Shown: positions 20,683 to 31,030 of the stretch, piece by piece | Layout: every line of letters starts with the position of its first letter | Numbering within the stretch: the stretch's first letter is position 1 | Origin: an uncultured Actinomycetota bacterium | GTDB taxonomy: Bacteria > Actinomycetota > Actinomycetes > CAVWCF01 | Direction of reading: 5' to 3' | Length of the DNA: 64,000 bases | Assembly: GCA_963753435.1 (NCBI GenBank) | Contig: CAVWCF010000001.1 | Span: 1,152,001 to 1,216,000, forward strand | Translations under genes and position numbers: made by a program | Notes under the pieces: model-generated | Databases searched by the model: none | The model's input: only the letters and a program-made list of their open reading frames with translations | Told to the model about the DNA's origin: nothing

Positions 20683-20981
20683 TCGGCATCGGCGAGGAAT
20701 CGACCGGCACGGCGGGCCATCGCCTCGCGGTAGGCGCGCTCCTCCGGGTCGGTTTCGTAGGAGACGGCCAACGCCGCGTACCCGTCGGCCAACATCTGTT
20801 GGTCGATCGCGCGCAGGCCGGCTCGGAAGACCGCGCTCAGGTAAGCGGCCTCGGATGTGCCCGGCAGTTCCCCCAGCAGTTCCTCAAGGGCGGCTTCGAC
20901 CGGCGATCCCCCGTCGCGAATGCGCGCCAGGTCGGACAGGTCCCGCTCAGTGAGGGGGATGGACTTGCGGACGGAGGCCAT
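20679..20981 (-). CDS. Putative antitoxin of the MazF-like toxin
   Basis: 100-aa ORF MASVRKSIPLTERD...GYAALA...; stop overlaps toxin start (GTGA). Confidence 0.7.
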   Translation of the reverse strand: MASVRKSIPLTERDLSDLARIRDGGSPVEAALEELLGELPGTSEAAYLSAVFRAGLRAIDQQMLADGYAALAVSYETDPEERAYREAMARRAGRFLADAE

Positions 20982-21081
20982 GCTGCAGATTGTGCAGCAG
21001 TTATTGTGGCAACGGCAAGGGGCGGGTAGTAATAGTGGACCGGGCCGCAGCCGGTTCGGTGGGCCCAGGCAGACTCCCGCC

Positions 21082-22238
21082 GTGGCAGACATCCGACCGG
21101 TCGACGCCGGTGACGCCAGCGCCCTCGCGGCGGCGCTGGCCGAGGCGCTGGACGGGTCCGGTCCGGCGGTGCTCCCGCTGCCACCGGGTCCGCGCCGGGA
21201 CACCGTGCTGGCCACCGCCGCACCCGAGCAGCCGCTCGAGGCCGACGGGATCGCCGCGGTCGTGGCCACCTCCGGTTCCACCGGTGAGCCGCGCCTGGTG
21301 CTGCTGCCCGGCCGATCGATGGTCGCCTCCGCGGAACTGACCGCCGAGCGGCTCGGCGGACCCGGGCATTGGTTGCTCGCCCTGCCAACCCACCACGTCG
21401 CGGGGTTGATGGTGCTGACGCGTGCGTTTGTCACCGGCTCCCAGGTGACCCAGGCCGACACCAGCGGCGGCTTCACCCCCGAGGCGTTCACCGCGGCGGC
21501 CGAGCAGTTGCCCGCGGGGCGCCGCTTCACCGCACTGGTCCCCACCCAACTCCGTTGGCTCCTGGAGGACGAAGCCGCGACCCAGGCGCTGGCCACCTTC
21601 GACGCGGTACTGCTCGGCGGGGCGGCCGCGCCCGGCGTGCTGTTGGGGCGGGCGGCCGAGGCCGGGGTCGACGTGGTCACCACCTACGGCATGACGGAGA
21701 CGTGCGGCGGCTGCGTCTACGACGGTTTCGGGCTTGACGGGGTGTCGGTGACCGTCAATGACGAGGACCGCGTCGTCCTATCCGGACCGACGCTGGCCGC
21801 CGGCTACCGGGGCAACCCCGGGGCGACGGCGGAGCACTTCACCGGCGCCGGGTTCGTCACCGACGACATCGGCGAACTCGACCCCGACACCGGGCGGCTG
21901 ACCGTTCTGGGCCGCGCCGACGACGTCATCAACACCGGCGGGGTCAAGGTCGCACCGGCGGTGGTGGAGGAGGCGCTGGCCGAGCACCCCGGCGTCGCGG
22001 ACGTGTGCGTCGTGGGTCGCCCGGACGACGAGTACGGGCAGGTCGTGGTGGCCGTCATCGAACCCCGCGACATCTGCCCAACCCACCCCGGCTGAACGAC
22101 CTGCGCACCTTCGCCTCGGAGTGGCTGGACGCCGCAGCGCTGCCGCGAGGCATGGTGGCGATCCGATCCCTGCCCATGTTGATCAGCGGCAAGCCGGACC
22201 GGGCCAAGATCCGGGCCGGGGTCGAGGGGCTGCAGTGA
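21082..22238 (+). CDS. menE: o-succinylbenzoate-CoA ligase (apparent frameshift near 22080)
   Basis: ATSGSTGEP, WLLALPTHHVAG, TYGMTET, GRADDVINTGGVKV; C-terminal LPMLISGKPDR in the next frame. Confidence 0.9.
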
Positions 22239-22660
22239 GCGAGGAGACGCCGCAGCGCAGAGGCGCGCAGCGGGGTTGTGGCCGCCATCACGGTGGGCGT
22301 GGTGGCGGTCGGATTCGTTGCCCTGCTGGTGGCCCGCGGGCCGGGCGAGGCCACCGTGACCCCGACGTCGTTCGCGGGGGAGGCCACCGACGGCACACCT
22401 CTGGACGCCAACCGGGTTCGCGTGGAGTTCACGGTGACGAACACCGGGCCGGTGGCGGGTGGTGGAGTTGCGTCGTTTCCGGCAGCGATTCGGCCTATCA
22501 GGTCTACCAAGGCGCGGCGACGGTGACCAAGCCCGCCGACGAGCCGCCGCTGCGCGCCGGCGAAACCGAGACCGCCGAGGTCATCCTGGACATCAACGAC
22601 GAGGGCGCCCGCTTCGTCAATCAGGTGCAGGTGCAGTGCGGCAACGCGGTGCGCGAGTAG
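22235..22660 (+). CDS. Small membrane-anchored protein with Ig-like extracellular domain (two apparent frameshifts)
   Basis: GTGA overlap with menE; TM segment VVAAITVGVVAVGFVALLV; VEFTVTNTG...PLRAGETETAEVILDI stitched from two frames. Confidence 0.55.
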   Translation: MSEETPQRRGAQRGCGRHHGGRGGGRIRCPAGGPRAGRGHRDPDVVRGGGHRRHTSGRQPGSRGVHGDEHRAGGGWWSCVVSGSDSAYQVYQGAATVTKPADEPPLRAGETETAEVILDINDEGARFVNQVQVQCGNAVRE

Positions 22661-22672
22661 CGCCCAACTGGT

Positions 22673-24406
22673 TCACCCCACGAGGGTGAACGTGATCGTC
22701 CCCTCGTACTGACCGGCAGCCAGGAACGGCGGCAACGAGGCCACGATGTCGCCGGTCACGTCCCATTCGCCGTTGGTGTTGCCACCGGAGGTCTGCGTGT
22801 CCTTGATGCACAGCGTCACGGTGCCGTCGAACGTCTGGTTGGGGTCGCCGGCGGTGGCTCCGGCAGCTGACCCAGGCAGTCCCTGACAGGTCGGCGAAAT
22901 CGACAGCACTCCCGAATCGACGAACGCGAGCAGGGGCGACTGCAGGTCCGTCGCGGTGGCGGTGAGCGACCAGCCGAAGGCGCTGCTGCGGTCATCGGTC
23001 ACGCGGATGCGGTTCAGCGGCGCGGTGACGGTGACGGGGGCCAGGCCGACGGTGGAGGTGGGCACCGTCACGGTCTCGTTGTCCGGGTTGGATCCGGTGG
23101 CGAAGGTCTGCATGGACAGCGCGCCCGCCGGTGGCGGCTCGGAGCCCGCGGGGATGGTGGAGAACGGCGTACTGGCCCGGTCGGTGGTGGGGTTGCCGTC
23201 CGGCGCGGTCTCGTAGGCGGCGATGTAGCGGGTGTCCTCGTCGTTGATCAGGTACGAACCGGAGAAGGAACCGGACCCAGACGTGGTCCCGGTGACCGCC
23301 GGGTCGGCCGTCTCGTTGCCGGCGGTGGGACCGGCGGCCAGGTAGCCGCGGACTTCGATGTCGGCGAGCGGGTCGAAGTTGGACCCGCTGACCGTGACCG
23401 ACGTTCCGGCCGCAGCCCCCGCCGGTGAGGTGGTGACGACCCGCTGACCCAGGACCGTGACAGGCACCAGGGCGATGGCGCTGCCGGTACTGATGCGCAG
23501 GCCCCGCACCCCGACTGTGGCCCCGGTGGGCACGGCCACCGTCCCGGACAGCGCGCCGCTGGCGTTGGCGGTCAGGGTCTCCGCAGCCGCGTCGCAGGGG
23601 GTGGCCCCACCGCTGGTGCACAACTGGGCGGTGAAGTCGGTTTCGTTGACGGGCCAGTCCTGGCCGCTGAGGGTGATGGTCTCGCCGGGGCGGGCGAATC
23701 CGGTGACGCCGGAGCGTTGCCCGCTGATTGCCGTGACCGAGGCGACTGGCCCGTTGATCGAGGCGGTGTAGCCGACCTCGCTTAGGACGGGGTTGTCCTT
23801 GGGGTTGGGGTTGGCCGGCAGCGGTGATCCGGTTCCGGACGCGGCCGGGTCGCTGCAGTACCGGTCGGTGTTGGTGCCGCTGCCGGTGCCGTACTTGCCG
23901 TCGTCGAAGACGATCTGGTTGACCGCCACCTGCAGCGCGCCAGCCAGCGAGGGCGAGTAGATGCCGGTGGCTGTCCACGGGCCGAGCGGGTTGCCGGCGG
24001 CCACCGCGGCTGCCGGGTAGTTGTCCACGCTGGTCGATGTGGCCAGTTCCACGCTGCCACCGATCGCTCCGGACAGGGCAGCGGTCGCGGTGACGGTGTA
24101 GGTGCCCGCCGCGGTCGTCGCTGCGGCCGTGGGCCCGTTGGCCGCAGCCAGCGTGACCGTGGTCGCCTGCGCGATGTCCGGTGTCGCCGGCGACTGCGAG
24201 AAGGTGAACGTGCCCGTGTAGGTGGTAGGTGTGGCCCCGGTCCCGGCGCCGCCGACGTAGTCACGGCACGAGAGTCCGACAGCTGTTGGTCCGAACGTGT
24301 TCGCCGGGTAGGTGTATGAGGCGGCCGGAGAGGCAACAGACAGCGTCGTCAGGAGCAGCGCGGCCAACGCGGCAGCAAGACCACGCCCACTGATGCGATC
24401 ACCCAC
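22673..24406 (-). CDS. Secreted protein with Cys-bounded beta domain, IPT/TIG-like repeats and C-terminal WxL-like domain
   Basis: Signal peptide (GLAAALAALLLTTLSVASPAAS); RVTDDRSSAFGWSLTATATD and YEGTITFTLVG* WxL-type motifs; GGGGAG RBS before GTG 24406. Confidence 0.75.
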   Translation of the reverse strand: MGDRISGRGLAAALAALLLTTLSVASPAASYTYPANTFGPTAVGLSCRDYVGGAGTGATPTTYTGTFTFSQSPATPDIAQATTVTLAAANGPTAAATTAAGTYTVTATAALSGAIGGSVELATSTSVDNYPAAAVAAGNPLGPWTATGIYSPSLAGALQVAVNQIVFDDGKYGTGSGTNTDRYCSDPAASGTGSPLPANPNPKDNPVLSEVGYTASINGPVASVTAISGQRSGVTGFARPGETITLSGQDWPVNETDFTAQLCTSGGATPCDAAAETLTANASGALSGTVAVPTGATVGVRGLRISTGSAIALVPVTVLGQRVVTTSPAGAAAGTSVTVSGSNFDPLADIEVRGYLAAGPTAGNETADPAVTGTTSGSGSFSGSYLINDEDTRYIAAYETAPDGNPTTDRASTPFSTIPAGSEPPPAGALSMQTFATGSNPDNETVTVPTSTVGLAPVTVTAPLNRIRVTDDRSSAFGWSLTATATDLQSPLLAFVDSGVLSISPTCQGLPGSAAGATAGDPNQTFDGTVTLCIKDTQTSGGNTNGEWDVTGDIVASLPPFLAAGQYEGTITFTLVG

Positions 24407-24448
24407 GCTGGGACTCCCCCTTACCACCGCGGGGTCAGGGTATCCGGA

Positions 24449-24863
24449 CTAGTCGGCCGCGTAGGCCGGGTTGTCTTCGCCGAACAGTTCAAGCACGTCG
24501 GCGTAGGCCTGCTCCCAGTCGGCGAAGGTCTCGTCACCTTCGCAGGACCCGCGGCGCACCTCTCGCCGTTCTCGTCGGCGAAGGTGAGTGCGAAGCAGCC
24601 GTTCTCTCCGTTGCGCACCACGGTGGTCGTCGTCCGCGGAGCGTCCGGGTCGTCCTCTTGGGGCGCCTGCAGGATCAGGAAGCCGCCATCGGCGCCGTCG
24701 GGCACCTGGTCGGCCGGCAGGAGCACGACCTCTTCGCCGCTGCTCAACGTCTGCGGGGTGGGCAGCGCCTCCGGTTCGCTGTTGGCACCGCCGCCGCAGG
24801 CAGAGCAGCCGCAACAGCTGACGGCACGACGATGGCGGCGGCCGGGAGGTGACTGGTGCGCAT
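24449..24863 (-). CDS. Putative lipoprotein (frameshifted)
   Basis: Stitched frames give MRTSHLPAAAIVV...SACGGGANSEPEALPTPQTL...NGCFALTF...GSCEGDETFADWEQAY...*; lipobox-like SA-C-GGG. Confidence 0.5.
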
Positions 24864-24897
24864 GGCGGGCAAGGGTACGTCCCTTCCTGGAGCGAAG

Positions 24898-24931
24898 CAG
24901 AGGGGGCGGACCTTGCGGTCCGCCCCCTCTG
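24898..24931 (-). terminator. Strong hairpin terminator after the large WxL-like gene
   Basis: Perfect 15-bp stem CAGAGGGGGCGGACC-TTGC-GGTCCGCCCCCTCTG, about 27 bp past the stop at 24959. Confidence 0.8.
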
Positions 24932-24958
24932 TGGAGCTTCTACTCGACTACGAGTGGA

Positions 24959-26997
24959 TCAGCCCACCAGGGTGATCGTCATCGTGGCCGTGTAGTCGGG
25001 GTCCGCAGCCTGGAACGCCGGAACGGTCAGGTCCAGAGCCACCGGCACGTTGTACACACCGGAGGTCGACTGGGTCGTCGCGTTCGTAGCAGTGGACTTC
25101 GTCGCCAGCGTGATGGCGACGGCGTTGTCCAGAGCACCGCCGGCACCAGCCGCGCAGTCCTCCTGCAGCGACCCGTCAACCGTGCCCAAGCACCGGCGGC
25201 AGAGCGTTCGGGTTGGTGTAGTTGGCGTAGTCGTAGATGTCGGTCGCGTCCCCACAGGTCGGGGTCGCGTCCAGCTGACCAGCGGCCACGGTGTAAGTAC
25301 CGGCGTCGAAGTCAGTCATCACTGCGGACAGGTTCCAGCCGAACTGGCCACCACGGTTGTCAGCGACCTGAATGGTGTTCAGGTCACCGGACAGGACCGT
25401 GTCGACGAACGGCACCGTGATGGCACCGAGGTCAACGATGGTCGCGTCGGTGTTGGCACCGGTGATGAACGCCAACTGGGTCAGGTTGCCCTCCAGAACA
25501 TCGAAGATGATGTTCTGGTTGGTGGCACAGGACCCGTGGTGTTCCCGGTCGCCGCCGTGCACTTGAAGGACGAGAACGTGAACGGCCGGCAGCGCGGACG
25601 GGTTGGTCGCCGCAGGCGGTCCACCGAGTGCCCTGGCATGGCGCACGATGGACGGCGTCGCCGAGTCGTTCACGGTGAAGCGTCCGGACACGGTTCCGGT
25701 GCCGCTGGCAGTGGCAGCGAGCCGTGGCGTCGTCAGTCGGGGCCGGGAGCGGACACACGGTCCTGGTCGACACCGCAGAGTAGCCGGTGATCAGCGGCGT
25801 TGAAGCCGGAGCCGGTGACGCTAACCGGACGGTGCCGCCGCCACCAGCGGCCGGGCTCAGCGTCACCGTCGGCGCGTCGAGGACCATGATCGGAACGAGC
25901 GGCGAGTTGCTGGCCCGTTGGTGATCGTCAGCTTGATCGCACGGGAACCGGTGGTGAGACGCCAGGGTGCCAGGCCGTCGGTGATCGGTGATGGCACCGG
26001 ACAGGTTGCCGAACCAGTCGGTCGTCAGACCGTTGGTAACGTGTTCGGCGGGCGCCGCGATCAGCGTCGCAAGTGGTGCCCGGCGACGTCGCAGAACTCG
26101 ACCGTGAAGCCACCGGCGCGACGTGGCGTTCCAGTGTCACCGTGCCGGTCACCGTCGACGGTGCACGCGTAGGCGGAACGCCAGACGACCTGCGGGTCAC
26201 GGACGGCCTGCACACCAGCGTTCTGACCGACGAAGTCGCGATCGTCGCGGTCGGGCCGGTGATCGGTCAGCGGACTGGGAGTGATGTAGTCCCGAGCGTC
26301 GGTCTGCGTGCGACCCGTCAACGGCCGCCAGCGACCGGTACCGAGCGGACGCGCGACGAAGTCGTCCATCGAGGTCAGCGTTCCGATCTGCGTCGAACGC
26401 GTCAGTAGTCAGGATGGTGCGCCGCCACGCTCCGGCACGTCGAGTAGTTGACGAAGGCCTTCAGCGACAGGACGTAGTACCAACGATCGCCGGGCCGAGG
26501 ATGGTCCAGCCGGAAGTCCCGGTCGGCGTACGAGCCGCCAGGTGAACGCGTCACCAGTGGTACCGGTGGCACCACGGCCGTGCTGTTGCCACGCCGTCGA
26601 CGAAACCGTCCAGGGTCGGCCTGGCACGATCGACGTGCACCGGGGCCGAGCGGCTCGTTCGCGGGCACGCAACAGGTAGCCGGACCGCCCACTCGATCGA
26701 TCGCGGCGATCGTCCGACCCGTCGTCGGCACGCGATGGCGGCCGGACCGTTGCGAAGCTCGAAGTCGCCAGCAACGGTGATCTCGACAGGGTCGTCTACG
26801 TTGGGCGAAGCTGGCGAAGACTGCCAGCGTCACGGTCGACGTTGACCGGACGATCGGCCACGCCAAGAGCAGTGTTGTTGATCTGGCTGTACAGAGTCAC
26901 CGGTGCGGCGCTAGCCGACCGCCAGACGCCGCAACCCCGAGCGTTGAAGCCGCGAGCGCGCCACAGCGCTACCCGCAATCAGCTTCTTTGCCTTCAT
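24959..26997 (-). CDS. Large secreted WxL-like surface protein (many apparent frameshifts; possibly pseudogene or sequence error)
   Basis: RBS plus MKAKKLIAGSAVA signal peptide at 26997; fragments VPIMVLDAPTVTLSPAAG, GDLNTIQVADNRGGQFGWNLSAVMTDF, DYTATMTITLVG* spread over several frames. Confidence 0.6.
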
Positions 26998-27082
26998 GAA
27001 TTCCCTTCCCCTCCGAGGAAGTCAGTCGCTCCCCCCTTGAGAGCAACTCCTTACATCTCGTCACCGAGGCCCAGCTGGGAGT

Positions 27083-27159
27083 TCTGTTCCACCCTTCGGA
27101 ACAGCGTTCCTCGGTTCCGTGACAGATCCCACACTCCCCGTGCCCCCAGCGACTGTCAA
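27083..27159 (-). promoter_or_regulatory. Putative promoter (-35 TTGACA) with downstream GAAC/GTTCC inverted-repeat motif
   Basis: Minus strand cccTTGACA at 27159-27154, then GAACGCTGTTCC-N7-GGAACAG; same layout upstream of 29797. Confidence 0.55.
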
Positions 27160-27285
27160 GGGTTTCCGGGAAGAAAGTCCCTAACGGGGAACCGGCGATG
27201 TCGCAACTGCGTCACAGGCCGTTCCGCCAGAGGCGGCAGCAAGGGTTTCTTGCGGAGACACGCAGGTCGGAGAGCAGTCGTCGCG

Positions 27286-29030
27286 CTACACACTCAGGCG
27301 GTGACGCCCGGCGCTGGGGCCAGCAACCCCAACCAGGGCCCGCCGGCTGCGCACGGCCACAACGAGCCCGGCCTGCAGGGCGACAAGTCCAGCGATCGCG
27401 GCGATCCAGGCGTCGCTGACACCGGTCGCGGCCAGCGTTCCGCCACCGGTCGTGTCGGTGCCGCCGCCGGTGTCCGTTCCGTTGCCTCCAGTGCCGCCGC
27501 CGTCAGTTCCACCCGTCACCGTGATGGTCGCCTGCAGGTTGAAATCGGCCCCGGTCGGGTCCTGGCCGAACAGGACCACGGTGTGCTCACCGTTGGTCGT
27601 GCTCGCCGGGATGGTCACTGTGGTGTTCACCGCACCAGTGGCGTCGGCCTGGACCTGACCGAGCAGGACAGGGACTGGAGTAGAGGACCACCTGCACCGG
27701 AGTGCTCGGCCCGAAGCCGGTCCCACTGACGGTCAGTTCGCCGCCGGCAGCGACGGTCGACGGGTTGGCCGTGGCCGGTCCATCCGCCGCCGGCGGCGTG
27801 GCCGGCAACTCGACGTAGGTGATCGGGATGGTGACCGTCGTCTGGGGCAGGCACTCGGTGTTGACATCCCCACCGAAGGACTCGTTCTGGGTGTCGTCGT
27901 AGTAGATGCGGGTGACCTCAACGGTGTCCGGAGACGCGGTCGCGGTGCCGGTGACACTGAACGCCGGGCTCGGGGTGCGCGGCGGGATCTCCGCGGGGTT
28001 CAGTCCACCGCTGAGTTCCTGCGGGGCACCGCCCGCGACCACGGTGATCAGCCGGTCATTGGTGCCCGCGGGGATCGGCACGGGGCCGGTCGTGGGGCCG
28101 GCGCCGACATCCAGTGCCAGCGCGTCGCCGCTGATGGACACGTCCAACTGAATGTCGTCGACGGTGTCCTCAGCGCCGGGGAACGGCACGTCGCCGGTGT
28201 AGAGGCTGCAGACGAACGTGCCCACGGCGCTGCCGGAACCGACGTTCACGCCCGGTGCGGGAGTTCCGGTGTCGGTCGGGGTCGGGGTCGGGGTCGCCGT
28301 GTCCGTCGGGGTCGGGGTCGGGGTCGGGGTCGGTGTCCGTCGGGGTCGGGGTCGGGCGTCGGGTGTCGCGTCGGGGTCGGGGTGCGCGTGTGCCGCCACC
28401 GACCGTCGCGGTGAGCGGACCAGATCGAAGATCGCAGTGGAGTCCTGCGCCGGAGTCGTCCCCGGTCGGCACAGCGAGTCGAACGGAGTCCGTCAGTGGC
28501 CGGCGTCGAGCTGCCCGTCATCGGAGTTGATCCAGAACTGTCTGCAACGTGGCCGTGACGCGACCGCTGACGCCGGCGCCGTGGTGTACTGCCGGTCGCG
28601 GTGAACCCACCCAGGCGAGATCACATCGGCGCGAGGCTCGAGTCGCGGGACCTGCGCAGCCGTTGGTCGGCGACTGCAAGCGCCACCGTCGCCGCCGCCT
28701 GCAGAAACGATGGCGTCGATTCGGGTCGAGCCCGCGGTCAGCGGCACCGCCGGACCGTTGCTCGGGTCCAGCCGTTGGAGTCCAAGCTCCCAGGTGATCG
28801 TGGCGCCCGCAGCTGGAGCAGCCGGGGTGGCCGTCAAGTCGAACGTGATCGGACCTGGTGTAGACGTCACCAGTCGGTCTGCAGCGACCTTCAAGTTGAT
28901 CTGGCAGTTGATGTTGGCGAACTGCTTGCTGGCCGGCTTCTGCGCCTGACCGCCCAGACAGGAGTGCGGCCGGTGCTGCCGCCACCGTCGCCAGTACCGC
29001 CGCGGCCAGTCCCGCGATTCCCCGTCGCAT
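27286..29030 (-). CDS. Sortase-anchored (LAATG) surface protein with two Cys-bounded domains and Pro/Thr linker (frameshifted)
   Basis: Signal peptide MRRGIAGLAAAVLATVAAAPAA; PT repeat; C-terminal GGTLAATG + hydrophobic helix + RSRR tail. Confidence 0.7.
28271..28385. repeat. Low-complexity (GTCGGG)n tract encoding a Pro-Thr linker
   Basis: Hexamer repeats translating as TPTPTPTPTDTATPTPTPTDT on the minus strand. Confidence 0.85.
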
Positions 29031-29042
29031 CTGTGCCCGCCC

Positions 29043-29797
29043 TCAGAACGCCGCGTGCCGCGGAGCTGCGTCCGGGTGCCGCTTCGTCCGGACCCAGACG
29101 ATGGCGCCGATCTGGAAGAGCAGCAGCGCTACTAGGGCCGACTTCCACCAGTCCTCCGGACCCGTCTTCGGCAGGGCGCCGGTGTCGGCAGTGGTTGCCG
29201 CGGACCCGGACTGCGTGCTCGCGCCCTGAGTGGTCGTCGAGCCCGAGCCGCTGGCCTTGGCACCACCGCGGTGTCGCTGGCAGCCGCGACGGTGAACGTC
29301 CCCGCCACGACGCTCGAAGTCGGGACGCAGTTGATGTCCACCGGGTTGTCGTCGAACACGATCTTGGTGATGGACATGTCCACCTTGCCGGACGCCGGTG
29401 CCTTGATGGAGCCGGTCATCGGGTTGACCTGGAACTCAGTCTCCACCGCGAGCGCGCCCTGCGGCTTGCCCACCAACTGCGTGGTGCCGCCGGTGTACTT
29501 GACGTCGGCCTTCGGGGTCATCGAACCGGCCGGTCGGGGAATCGGGCCGTTGACGTAGGGCGGGGTGCTGAGCGTGAGGTTCACCGTCGCGCCGGCGGCC
29601 GGGGAGGCCGGGTCCGCGGTGATGACGAAGTCGCCGTCGCTGCCGGGGGGCGTGCCCTTGTTCCAATCCAGGGTGGTGGAAAGCACGGTGCACTTGAACG
29701 CAACCTGCGCCGCTTGGGCGGGTGCGGCGGCAACCGACAGCCCCAGCATCACCAGAATGGCCGCTAGGGAAGCGGCCATTGCGCGCCGAAAACTCAT
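29043..29797 (-). CDS. Sortase-anchored (LPKTG) surface protein (frameshift near 29260)
   Basis: Signal peptide ending AQA; domain FKC...IVFDDNPVDINC; shifted frame gives GALPKTGPEDWWKSALVALLLFQIGAIVWVRTKRH...* ending at 29043. Confidence 0.75.
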
Positions 29798-29814
29798 CTC
29801 GTCCCTCTCCCCGA

Positions 29815-29893
29815 ACCGTTCCCCCCGGTGGAACGGCGTTCTGTTCTCGCGAACAGATACCCGTATGACACGCGCTGTTGGCCTTCCTGTCAA
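29815..29893 (-). promoter_or_regulatory. Putative promoter (-35 TTGACA) with downstream GAAC/GTTCC inverted-repeat motif
   Basis: Minus strand cccTTGACA at 29893-29888, then GAACGCCGTTCC-N7/8-GGAACGG. Confidence 0.55.
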
Positions 29894-29969
29894 GGGACTT
29901 GGCACAACTTGGGTCCCTGCTGACACGGACGTGTGATCTGCCGAGCCAGTTCCATGACCAGAGCCGGCC

Positions 29970-30680
29970 TCACCCGAAGGCCCCGGGCTTGATGACACCG
30001 AGTGCGGCGATCACGAACACGAGCACCCAGATGCCCAGCACGAACGGCACGGATCGTTGGATCGCACCGCCGATCCCGTCCTCCACCTCCGGGGTGGACC
30101 CGGTGGTCATCAGCGCCATGAACGACGGGCCGAACGGCTTGAGCCGGAACCGGATCGCCACCCCGAACAGCATGGCCACTGCGTAGAGCGCGACCTTGGC
30201 GCCCAGCCACTTCGGGTTGGTGGTCACCCCGAACGGGTCGGTGGCGATGACGGTGTAGAGGCCGGCGGCGAGCAGCCCGACGATCAGGGCCAACCTGATG
30301 TAGAGGTCGACGGTCTTGGCCTGCTGGCCGCGGGGCTGACCGGAGTAGTGGTGGTCGGCCCACACCAGGTACAGCCAGAACAGCGCGAACGCCCAGGTGA
30401 GGATCAGCGGCCAGCCGACCAGGTTGATCTGCCGGTCGAAGACGGTCACGTCGGAGTACTCACTCGCCGCCATCAGGCTCACGCCGGACGGCAGGAACAA
30501 CACCAGGGAGTACCGCGGGGCCATGTCCAGCCAGGCCATGATCTTCAGGGCGGTGGCGCGCGAACCCGGCTCCAGGTCCGGCTTGATGACATACCGGGAG
30601 GAGTAGAAGACCCCCAGGTCGGCGCCCAGCCAGTAGGTCAACAGCAGGATGTGGAAGAGGATCAGCACCTCAAGCGTCAT
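29970..30680 (-). CDS. Hypothetical polytopic membrane protein
   Basis: 236 aa, ~6 TM segments, N-terminal FHILLLTYWLGADLGVFY, WLGAKV, C-terminal GVIKP. Confidence 0.75.
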   Translation of the reverse strand: MTLEVLILFHILLLTYWLGADLGVFYSSRYVIKPDLEPGSRATALKIMAWLDMAPRYSLVLFLPSGVSLMAASEYSDVTVFDRQINLVGWPLILTWAFALFWLYLVWADHHYSGQPRGQQAKTVDLYIRLALIVGLLAAGLYTVIATDPFGVTTNPKWLGAKVALYAVAMLFGVAIRFRLKPFGPSFMALMTTGSTPEVEDGIGGAIQRSVPFVLGIWVLVFVIAALGVIKPGAFG

Positions 30681-30691
30681 GGTCGCGCACG

Positions 30692-30994
30692 CTATTCGGG
30701 GCGGTCTTGCTCCGGTTCGGCGGGTGGGTTGGCGCGCTGGTCCTGCTCGGCTCGGCGGGCGTCGTCGGCGGCGTCCTCAGCCGAGGCCCGCTCATCCACG
30801 GCCTGCTTGGCCCGGGTCACCTGCTCGCTCAGCGCATCGCGCTGCCGGCCCAGCGCGAACAGCGCCACGATGCCGGAGGCCACCAGCGCCACCAGCAGCA
30901 ACGTGATCCCGCGCAGGCCGACCAAATAGAGCAGTGCGGCGACGACGGCGAACACCGCCAGCCGGGCGACGGTGTAAACGAGTGCGGGCCTCAC
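30692..30994 (-). CDS. DUF4229 family membrane protein
   Basis: YTVARLAVF..., ALVASGIVALFAL..QRD pattern; usual neighbour of ccs/men genes in Actinomycetota. Confidence 0.78.
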   Translation of the reverse strand: MRPALVYTVARLAVFAVVAALLYLVGLRGITLLLVALVASGIVALFALGRQRDALSEQVTRAKQAVDERASAEDAADDARRAEQDQRANPPAEPEQDRPE

Positions 30995-31030
30995 CCGGCC
31001 AGTATCCCCGCCGCGACTTACGCTTGGCCC

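Noticed and set aside
28271-28385. Repeat tract as CRISPR array or DNA-level satellite
   Set aside because: Hexamer repeats encode a Pro-Thr linker; there are no unique spacers and no cas genes.
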